DNA of 64,000 nucleotides from a bacterium (lineage in GTDB: Bacteria > Patescibacteriota > Minisyncoccia > Phycocordibacterales > UBA2100). This document shows positions 37,745-45,101 of the stretch, piece by piece (the stretch's first letter is position 1; each line of letters starts with the position of its first letter). The stretch lies in NCBI GenBank assembly GCA_030674455.1, contig JAUSGQ010000007.1, positions 83,947 through 147,946 of the forward strand. The letters run 5' to 3'. Under the pieces are notes generated by a model. The model did no database searches and had not been told where the DNA came from. It saw nothing but the letters and a program-made list of their open reading frames with translations. A program made the position numbers and the translations under genes.

Positions 37745-38323
37745 ATGTACGAAAGGTATAAGAAGGCGATTATTTCATTCTACGATTTACATGGTCGCTT
37801 GCCTGGATATCGGGAAATGATGGAGCTGACGGGATTCAAATCGAAGAACGCGGTTTTTAAATTAATACAAAAATTAATTGAGGATGGCATCGTGACAAAA
37901 GACAAATTGGGAAAACTGATTCCGCGCAACATAAAAGGAGGCGTACGCCTGCTCGGGCTCGTAGAAGCCGGTTTTCCAAGCCCGGCCGAGGAAGAACTCC
38001 TTGATGTCATGAATTTTGACGAATTCCTGACCCCCAACAAAGAGTCCAGTTATATTCTTAAAGTAAAAGGGGATTCAATGATAGATGCAGGGATTCATCC
38101 GGGCGACATGGTGATAGTCGAGCGGCGCGCCACGTATAAACCCGGCCAGATAGTTATCGCGAATATCGATAACGAACATACGATGAAATATTTAAGAAAG
38201 ACCGCCGGAGGAAAAGGCGGGGAGTTTTTTCTGGAACCGGCTAATAAAAAATATAAACCAATATACCCGCGCGAGTCGTTCCGCGTTGAGGCTGTTGTTA
38301 CCGCAGTGGTAAGGAAGTATTAA
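37745..38323 (+). CDS. lexA: LexA-like repressor (S24 peptidase with wHTH)
   Basis: PGYREM HTH, VEAGFP Ala-Gly cleavage site, GDSM serine and TMK lysine. Confidence 0.88.
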   Translation: MYERYKKAIISFYDLHGRLPGYREMMELTGFKSKNAVFKLIQKLIEDGIVTKDKLGKLIPRNIKGGVRLLGLVEAGFPSPAEEELLDVMNFDEFLTPNKESSYILKVKGDSMIDAGIHPGDMVIVERRATYKPGQIVIANIDNEHTMKYLRKTAGGKGGEFFLEPANKKYKPIYPRESFRVEAVVTAVVRKY

Positions 38324-38332
38324 AACCATACT

Positions 38333-38441
38333 TAATTTCCAATTCACAATTTGCAATTTGCATTGAATTTCCAATTTTCAATGTTTAAAACTTAATTCAT
38401 TGTAAATTGATTGAAAATTGCAAAATTAGAAATTGTAAATT
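38333..38441. repeat. Family B element, copy 2 (inverted relative to 1709-1817)
   Basis: Same 109-bp length and colinear with copy 1 when reverse-complemented. Confidence 0.8.
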
Positions 38442-38447
38442 CATTTT

Positions 38448-39719
38448 ATGATGTTTGAGCGGGCAATTCTTCATATCGACGGCGATTCTTTTTTTGCTTC
38501 CTGCGAAGTCGCGAAAAATCCGAGTTTAAAAGGGAAGCCGGTCATAACCGGGCGCGAGCGCGGCATTGTTTCCGCCATGACGTATGAGGCAAAAGCGAAA
38601 GGCATAAAACGAGGAATGATCCTCTCCGAAGTGCGCCGAATATGTCCAGACGCCATAATTCTGCCTTCCGATTACGAAACGTACAGCATCTTCTCCAAGC
38701 GCATGTATGCCATCGTACGGCGATATACGGACATTGTAGAGGAATACAGCATAGATGAGTGCTTCGCAGGGATTGAAGGGCCAAATGGCAGGGAAGTAGC
38801 AACCTCGATAAAACAGACCCTGGAGAGGGAACTCGGAATGACTTTTTCCATTGGTCTTTCCGCTACAAAAGTGCTGGCTAAAATCGGTTCCAAATGGAAG
38901 AAGCCCGACGGCCTTACCGTGATTGCGCTTAAAGACGCGCCTCTGTACCTCGACAAAACGCCCGTGGAAAAGATATGGGGTATCGGACCCGCCACTTCGC
39001 TTTTATTAAATTCCCGCGGGGTACGGACAGCTCTTGAATTTTCCCTGAAGAATGACGCGTGGGTCAGGGGCTTGCTCGCAAAACCGTATGTGGAAATTTG
39101 GAAAGAACTGAACGGGGAAGTCGTGAATGAGCTGGATGTGGATGGCAGGCAAACCTACAAATCCATAGCAAAGACAAAGACATTTACTCCGCCATCCCAC
39201 GATCCCGCGTTCGTATACTCTCAGCTCTCCAAAAATGTCGAGAACGCCTGCATCAAACTCCGCCGATGGCATCTTGAGGCGCGCGAGGCCCACATATTCT
39301 TGAAGACGCAAAGTTTCGCATATCACGACGCTAAAATCTCTCTGCCGCACCCCACCTCCGCGCCGCAGGAAATTCTTTCTGCCATATCAAAAAGTTTCCC
39401 CCGGATTTTCCAAAGGGGAGTACGGTATCGGGCAACCGGCATTTCACTCATGAATTTAATCGACAGCCAATTGCCAAAGCAATTGAATCTGTTCAACGAA
39501 TATTCAAGCGGGGATGACATTAAAGCGGTCTACGAGAGCATGGACGCGCTTAGTAGCCGATACGGCAAGCATGCAGTTTTCTTATGTTCTAGCTTCAGCG
39601 CGATGAACCATAAGAACCCACAAGACGGCTACGGCGCTACCTCGGAGCGCACAACTAATATTTTTAAAGGGGAATCAGGCCGTAAACGCCTTGGCATACC
39701 GATGCTCGGGGAAGTATGA
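38448..39719 (+). CDS. dinB: Y-family DNA polymerase (Pol IV/UmuC-like)
   Basis: HIDGDSFFASCE, YEAK, SIDE, KPDG and IWGIG. Confidence 0.93.
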   Translation: MMFERAILHIDGDSFFASCEVAKNPSLKGKPVITGRERGIVSAMTYEAKAKGIKRGMILSEVRRICPDAIILPSDYETYSIFSKRMYAIVRRYTDIVEEYSIDECFAGIEGPNGREVATSIKQTLERELGMTFSIGLSATKVLAKIGSKWKKPDGLTVIALKDAPLYLDKTPVEKIWGIGPATSLLLNSRGVRTALEFSLKNDAWVRGLLAKPYVEIWKELNGEVVNELDVDGRQTYKSIAKTKTFTPPSHDPAFVYSQLSKNVENACIKLRRWHLEAREAHIFLKTQSFAYHDAKISLPHPTSAPQEILSAISKSFPRIFQRGVRYRATGISLMNLIDSQLPKQLNLFNEYSSGDDIKAVYESMDALSSRYGKHAVFLCSSFSAMNHKNPQDGYGATSERTTNIFKGESGRKRLGIPMLGEV

Positions 39720-39743
39720 GAAAGTTAGTGGTAAAAGCGCACA

Positions 39744-40364
39744 TCACAAAAGAGGGTTGGAATACGCTTTTCTCGCCTTAAGCAGAGTAAATAATGTATC
39801 CATAGTTACAATTCTTGTTGTTTTGGGCAAAGGTTTGAGTTTAGTGATAGCATAACGATCAATGTCATCCTGCCTTAAACTTTCATTTGCCGTGACGAGA
39901 AATAATTCAATGGGAAAATTGCGATATTTGCCCATTTTGATATTTATGTTCGACTTCAGATACCTCATTGTATCGGTATAGAAAACGTCAATACCAAAAT
40001 TCCCATCAGGCGAATAAACATAAAAATCAACGCGATTCTTTGAAGATTCAAAGAACTTTTCCGTGTGGACAAAAACTTCCCCGAACCTATCGCGCAACAC
40101 TTTCTCTAATGCAAGTTCAGTCTTGCGCCCTCTGTCCTTTACGCGGCTCGCAATCTCGCTTCTAAAGGAACCTTTGCCAAAATGAACATCAGAATATCCC
40201 AGCTGTTTGCGTAATCGTGCGAGACCGCCAAATCTTTTTTGAATATTCCGAGAAGAGGGAAGATATTCAAGTTGATCAATTTCCAAAGCGCGCGGAAGTC
40301 GTCCGTGTTCATTTTTGAAGCGTTCGAATCCCTCTTTGATCTTATCAACAGTCCAGATTTTCAT
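39744..40364 (-). CDS. Putative PD-(D/E)XK nuclease with N-terminal HTH-like repeat
   Basis: N-terminal FKNEHGRLP...LPSSRNIQKRFGG; C-terminal E...RVDFYVY...GIDV. Confidence 0.65.
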   Translation of the reverse strand: MKIWTVDKIKEGFERFKNEHGRLPRALEIDQLEYLPSSRNIQKRFGGLARLRKQLGYSDVHFGKGSFRSEIASRVKDRGRKTELALEKVLRDRFGEVFVHTEKFFESSKNRVDFYVYSPDGNFGIDVFYTDTMRYLKSNINIKMGKYRNFPIELFLVTANESLRQDDIDRYAITKLKPLPKTTRIVTMDTLFTLLKARKAYSNPLL

Positions 40365-40378
40365 AAAAATGTTATTTA

Positions 40379-41335
40379 TTATTTAAGTGGATGGAATCTT
40401 TTATGCGTAGCTTCTGCATACTTATCCGATGCATGAACATATCTGGTGGTCGTTTCAAGCGACTCATGTCCAAGAAGAATCTGTATTGCGGCAGGATTCG
40501 CGCCTTGCTCGGCAAGATAGGTTGCAAAACCATGTCGTAAAGAGTGAGCGCTGGTAGGCACGTTAATATTCAAAAGTTCTCGATACTGTTTGATTTTCAT
40601 CTGAAGATAGTTAGGAGAAATGTGTTTATTCTTGTCCGATGCATTCTTTCCCCGATTCGGAATAAAGAGAAAGGGGGAGTCATCTGCACGTTTCTTTAAG
40701 TAGTTGTCTATGTGTTTTTTTGCACGTTCCGTAAGGTACACAAATCTCTGTTTCTTTCCTTTGCCCTGAATGAATATCTTACCCGTTCTGTCGATCTGGG
40801 TTCTTTTAATACTAATGAGTTCCGAAATACGCATGCCTGACGCAAATAAGGTTTCCAGAGCTGCGCGATTGCGCAGCGCAATCATGGAGTCCTTTTCAAA
40901 TTTCATCGGGGATTCTATTAATTTTTGTAGTTCAGCCAATTCAGATATTTGAGGATGCTTCTTTTCCATGCGCAGCAATTTAATAGATTCGGGCGCAATT
41001 GGTGTCTCTGTGTCCATATCAATCAAATAGGACAAATAGCGCCTTAGAGAGGTCAGGGTGCGGTTAATGGAGCCGCTTTTGAGCTCTTTCTCTGCGGCAA
41101 AACCATTAGCTGTTTTACGGTCTTGAGAATTTAAATACGCTTTAAATTGCTCTATGGTCCGTTTCGTAATATTCAAAAAAGGAAGGCCGTCCATATCTTG
41201 AGAGAGGAAGCGCTCAAAAGTCTCTAAATCTCTCTCATAGTTATACAAAGTTTCCTTTGAATAGTTATTCGCTTGAATGTGTAATAGAAAGTCTTCTCGA
41301 AAGGGAAGCCTTGATTTATCCGATTTTGTCGCCAT
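40379..41335 (-). CDS. XerC/D-like tyrosine recombinase
   Basis: SAM-like N-domain, GMRISEL, GKGKKQR, HSLRHGFAT and LLGH...TTRY. Confidence 0.95.
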   Translation of the reverse strand: MATKSDKSRLPFREDFLLHIQANNYSKETLYNYERDLETFERFLSQDMDGLPFLNITKRTIEQFKAYLNSQDRKTANGFAAEKELKSGSINRTLTSLRRYLSYLIDMDTETPIAPESIKLLRMEKKHPQISELAELQKLIESPMKFEKDSMIALRNRAALETLFASGMRISELISIKRTQIDRTGKIFIQGKGKKQRFVYLTERAKKHIDNYLKKRADDSPFLFIPNRGKNASDKNKHISPNYLQMKIKQYRELLNINVPTSAHSLRHGFATYLAEQGANPAAIQILLGHESLETTTRYVHASDKYAEATHKRFHPLK

Positions 41336-41349
41336 ATTTATAATATATA

Positions 41350-41381
41350 TAACTGAGTATAATAACTCTAATACTCAGTTA
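41350..41381. other. Candidate dif/operator site, 13-6-13 inverted repeat
   Basis: TAACTGAGTATAA-TAACTC-TAATACTCAGTTA, 14 nt upstream of the xer ATG. Confidence 0.55.
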
Positions 41382-41413
41382 GTATAGCAGTCTTTGAGAG
41401 CCATGCAAATATT

Positions 41414-41441
41414 ATGCCACATAAGGCCGGTTATGACTCTC
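41414..41441. other. Second dif-like site (11-6-11)
   Basis: ATGCCACATAA-GGCCGG-TTATGACTCTC has the CATAA-N6-TTATG core of canonical dif. Confidence 0.45.
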
Positions 41442-41627
41442 GCCAGGGCGATATCTGTAAACTCGACTTTATACGCGCTACGATTCAAATCAGCGATAAA
41501 ATATTATTTAAAAATACTTAAGCAACTGCGCGGAAAAGAAAAATATCTTTAAAGATGAAGAAAGATTGTCGACATCCGCGATGCTCTATATGGAAGGGTA
41601 TGCGCCCGCTTGCCACTCCCCTACTCG

Positions 41628-41653
41628 CCCTTCGTAGCTTTAGCGAAGTAGGG
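41628..41653. repeat. Hairpin element, family C (intergenic copy)
   Basis: CCCTTCGTAGCTTTAGCGAAGTAGGG; related copies at 57372, 57538 and 59424. Confidence 0.75.
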
Positions 41654-41659
41654 TTCGTT

Positions 41660-42253
41660 CTACTTTTTCCACGGAATCTCAAACTGTTCAAATTCCGGCA
41701 AAAGCTTTCTTCCGTACAAAAGGCGCGCGATTACTTCGGCGTGCGACAAAGCGCCAGTGAGTGCATTGTGAGGCGATGGTTCTTCGGGGATACCGCAATA
41801 GTTGAGAACTGCGTCGAGGTCAAGCGCCGAGCGGCGGTGCTTTACCGGCGGCTGGAGCCCTCTTTCTATCATGTGCATGTAGCAAAGGGAATGCGTGTCA
41901 ATCGTACGGTACGCAAATTGCCAATCCGTGTGTCCCGCGCGCTCGGCGGCCGCTTTTAAGAAATCGCGGTCAAAAGAAACATTTTGTCCGGCAAGCGTCC
42001 TTTCTTCCAAGCCTTCGCTCCAATGCAAAAAAGCGTGTATTAAATCGCCCTCGCTTTGCTTTTTTTTGTCCGTAATTTGCCCTTTTGTAAAACCATTTAC
42101 CGCGAGCGCCTCGTCCATGATATGCGCGCCGTCCCACACGCGGCATTCCTCGTAAAATCGATTGGTCGGATTTGCGAAATCAAGAGCGCCAACCGATACG
42201 ATGGAATGTTTTTTTGCTTCTACTCCTGAAGCTTCTACATCGACGACGAGCAT
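41660..42253 (-). CDS. DEDDh 3'-5' exonuclease
   Basis: VDVEASG, GQNVSFD, IDT and HNALTGA motifs. Confidence 0.9.
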   Translation of the reverse strand: MLVVDVEASGVEAKKHSIVSVGALDFANPTNRFYEECRVWDGAHIMDEALAVNGFTKGQITDKKKQSEGDLIHAFLHWSEGLEERTLAGQNVSFDRDFLKAAAERAGHTDWQFAYRTIDTHSLCYMHMIERGLQPPVKHRRSALDLDAVLNYCGIPEEPSPHNALTGALSHAEVIARLLYGRKLLPEFEQFEIPWKK

Positions 42254-42329
42254 AGGACACAGCGTACAGCGATTAGCGGCTAGCGTAAAGGGACAAAAAA
42301 TAATAAATCTGTGATCTATACGCTAAACG

Positions 42330-42707
42330 CTATTCGCTAGTCGCTACCCCGAGTCCTTTGCAATTCTTTGCCGGCAAATACCCCGCCGCGCGAGCTTTTT
42401 CCTCGCTCGCAAACCACACCTGATTTTGAGGCAATATTTTAGAGGCAGAAGCGCACCACGGGAAATAGTACGCGTTCCCCGTGCGAGAGGCCATGATTAG
42501 ACCGCCAATGCTCATTTCTCTTAGATTCGCCTGGGATGGCGCTTGTGTGATAGAAACAGGCGGCATAACGGCTTCCAAAACAGACAAACGGCCAAGTCCG
42601 AACGAGCCTAAGACGACCAAAAACACAATGAGCACGGTTCCCCATCCGTCCACTAAATCTTCCGTCAAATTCTTGATTTTGAGCCACCATTCATGTATAC
42701 TCCCCAT
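42330..42707 (-). CDS. Membrane-anchored protein with Ada-like metal-binding domain
   Basis: TM helix, then ASRTGNAYYFPWC...FASEEKARAAGYLPAKNC. Confidence 0.75.
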   Translation of the reverse strand: MGSIHEWWLKIKNLTEDLVDGWGTVLIVFLVVLGSFGLGRLSVLEAVMPPVSITQAPSQANLREMSIGGLIMASRTGNAYYFPWCASASKILPQNQVWFASEEKARAAGYLPAKNCKGLGVATSE

Positions 42708-42767
42708 GTTCTTAATTATAGTATATTTCCTGGTACCTAAAACCTGATACCTAGCACCTAATGCATT

Positions 42768-43046
42768 ATGGCCCATACAAAAGCTGGCGGAACAGCGCAT
42801 AACCTAAATGATTCGAATCCTAAGTACCTCGGAGTTAAGCGCTCCGATGGACAAAAGGTTGGTGTGGGCGAAATCATCGTCCGCCAACGCGGTACAAAGA
42901 TTTTGCCCGGCAAGAACATCGGCGTCGGAACCGACCACACTCTTTTTGCAATGGCGACCGGTATTGTCCGTTTTCGTACAAAAAGAAAAACTGATTTTGA
43001 CGGACGCTCCAACACGCGCCGCGTGGTGGACGTTCTAACCGTTTAA
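42768..43046 (+). CDS. rpmA: 50S ribosomal protein L27
   Basis: [27 protein letters not shown] and DHTLFA. Confidence 0.98.
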   Translation: MAHTKAGGTAHNLNDSNPKYLGVKRSDGQKVGVGEIIVRQRGTKILPGKNIGVGTDHTLFAMATGIVRFRTKRKTDFDGRSNTRRVVDVLTV

Positions 43047-43486
43047 GAAGCAAGTATCTCAACAGTTGCTGTGGCTCGGTGAACACCGAGTTTTATCTCT
43101 ATCTTTGCCACCCCTACCCTCTTTATCGGTTCGTCCAACACAACTGCGCCTTCGCCGATATCTTGATTATATTTCTTTGCGATTTCGCTTGCTATTCTTT
43201 TCGCAGAAATACTCTCATATAGGTGTCCCGATTCATTTACCCTGACTTTCAATGCGATTTTATCGGCGGAGAGCTTGCGGGCGAGTTCTTGAAATTGCGC
43301 ATCTTGCACTTGTGCAGTAATTTCAGAAATTCTTTGGCGCTTGTCGTGCTCGGCAATATTCTTCGTTGACGCTTCTTGCGCCAGTCCTCGGGGAATAAGA
43401 AAATTGAGCGCGTACCCGTCTGCCACCTCTTTTGTCTCATCCCGCTTCCCCACCTTCGCCACATCCTTAAGCAGAATGATTCTCAT
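43043..43486 (-). CDS. rplI: 50S ribosomal protein L9
   Basis: MRIILLKDV and [14 protein letters not shown]. Confidence 0.97.
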   Translation of the reverse strand: MRIILLKDVAKVGKRDETKEVADGYALNFLIPRGLAQEASTKNIAEHDKRQRISEITAQVQDAQFQELARKLSADKIALKVRVNESGHLYESISAKRIASEIAKKYNQDIGEGAVVLDEPIKRVGVAKIEIKLGVHRATATVEILAS

Positions 43487-43529
43487 GGACCCATGGTACA
43501 TGAGATTTCGTGACGCGCAAAAACCTCTT

Positions 43530-44335
43530 AAGGTTAGTCAGACTAACCTTTATTCAAACTCCGCTTGCAACCATTTTCCCCCTTCAATTACGTCTCTAGC
43601 GAAATTCTTGAAAGATCTCGGTGTCGTAAATATCTCTCCTAGCAAATCTTTCTCGATAATCGGCAGCTGTGAAGAGTTTGCATAATGACTAAGACTTGAG
43701 TATTTGTACTCAATCCCCCATTCCCATGCATCTTCAAAATGCTCGGTAGCGCCGCGCAGACCACCCTTCGGATATAACTCAAACACATTTTTCACCATGA
43801 TGTATGCCGATACATACCGTAAATAATTATCGTTCTCTATGGTGCGTCCTCGGTACGAACCCTGAAAGATGCTTCCTTGCTGGTCGTATTTCTCGTTGTG
43901 ATAGTTCGTCATGCTCTGACACAGCTTTTGCATGAAGGCAGAAATCCCGCCTTCACGTATCTCTTTTAGGAGAAGATGAAAGTGATTCGGCATGAGCGTG
44001 TACGCGAGAATTCGCACAAGTGGTTCTCTGTCGGGCCACGTCGCAGGCCTAAAGAATCGCCCATCAAGGTCTGCGCTATACCAGTTCTCATCGAAAAATT
44101 CGTCGTTCATATAATACAGCAGGCGCAAAAAACGCCACTGCTCCGATTCGTCTTCAGTGATGGGCAATCCTCGCGCACCTCGCTTTACCACATGCACATA
44201 CGAGTCAACCCCGAAAGGCTCTACACGCATACCTCATTCTACCCTATAGGTTAGTCTGACTAACCTTTATTCAAACGAAGTTGTGGATAAAAGAGTCATA
44301 CTGCAAGCCAATGCGTCCGGTTAGTCAGACTAACC
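43530..44335. mobile_element. RAYT locus 2 with three GGTTAGTCWGACTAACC palindromes
   Basis: Copies at 43532-43548, 44249-44265 and 44319-44335; distant copies at 9270-9286 and 59900-59916. Confidence 0.88.
43550..44230 (-). CDS. REP-associated tyrosine transposase (RAYT, Y1 HUH family)
   Basis: YVHVVKRG, AYTLMPNHFHLLL, GSIFQGSY, YI and YKYSS. Confidence 0.92.
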   Translation of the reverse strand: MRVEPFGVDSYVHVVKRGARGLPITEDESEQWRFLRLLYYMNDEFFDENWYSADLDGRFFRPATWPDREPLVRILAYTLMPNHFHLLLKEIREGGISAFMQKLCQSMTNYHNEKYDQQGSIFQGSYRGRTIENDNYLRYVSAYIMVKNVFELYPKGGLRGATEHFEDAWEWGIEYKYSSLSHYANSSQLPIIEKDLLGEIFTTPRSFKNFARDVIEGGKWLQAEFE

Positions 44336-44344
44336 CCTGGAAGA

Positions 44345-45100
44345 TTAGGCAAGATTGCGCAAGAGCTTGTCCACACTTGCGCGCGTGCTGAAGTAATATT
44401 TTGCCGCGCTTTTTGATGATCTGCCAACCCGGATAGTAATGCCGTCGGTAAGGGCGCGAAAGGCGTCTTCATCGGTGGCGTCGTCGCCGATATATATCGG
44501 CACGGCTTTCGCGAGTGAGCACCTGCTCGCGAGACGGACCGCATCGCCTTTCGTGCGGCTCTCGAGCGAACGTATGTTGAAAATGTATTCGCTCCCTTCG
44601 CTAATATCAAGAAAATTTGTAAATTGTTTTGAGATACTCCTCATCTCCCTGCTAAATCGCGCAACACGCCTGCGCGCGAGTGCGCGAAAATGCACGCTAA
44701 AAGTCAACTTTTTGTCCTCCACAACGACTCCTCGGTAACATCGCGAAAGTTCAGTGAACGCTCTTCGCGCTTCGCTAAGCTTCGCGCACGCCGCGCGCGT
44801 AAGCTTCTCGCGGCCTCGCATCTTTCCCATCCGCCATTCTGCGCCGTGATTGCCGGCGTACCATACGCCTGCCTGATTGACACGAGCGCGCACATCCGCA
44901 AGAGCTCGGCCGGAAATTACGGCAACGCGGCCGCCCGCAGCGCATTTGGCGAGGCAGGCGCGCGTGCGCCTCGACACGCGCGCCATGCGAGGACGAGCAA
45001 CGATAGGCGCAAGAACCCCGTCAAAATCAAGAATGAGCAAGAAACCGTTTTCTTTGACGCGCCTAAGTATACTGCCCATGTGTTTGTCGGCGTTTCTCAT
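44345..45100 (-). CDS. otsB: Trehalose-6-phosphate phosphatase
   Basis: DFDGVL, ISGR, GNHGAE, HFR and GDDATDEDAF (HAD family); downstream of otsA. Confidence 0.93.
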   Translation of the reverse strand: MRNADKHMGSILRRVKENGFLLILDFDGVLAPIVARPRMARVSRRTRACLAKCAAGGRVAVISGRALADVRARVNQAGVWYAGNHGAEWRMGKMRGREKLTRAACAKLSEARRAFTELSRCYRGVVVEDKKLTFSVHFRALARRRVARFSREMRSISKQFTNFLDISEGSEYIFNIRSLESRTKGDAVRLASRCSLAKAVPIYIGDDATDEDAFRALTDGITIRVGRSSKSAAKYYFSTRASVDKLLRNLA

Positions 45101-45101
45101 C

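Noticed and set aside
37745-41335. Prophage or integrative element (repressor, polymerase, integrase)
   Set aside because: No structural, replication or conjugation genes, and the recombinase is Xer-sized; chromosomal functions explain it better
44282-44290. DnaA box suggesting oriC
   Set aside because: One perfect box with scattered near-matches (37695, 58737); no dnaA or cluster, and gene orientation converges rather than diverges
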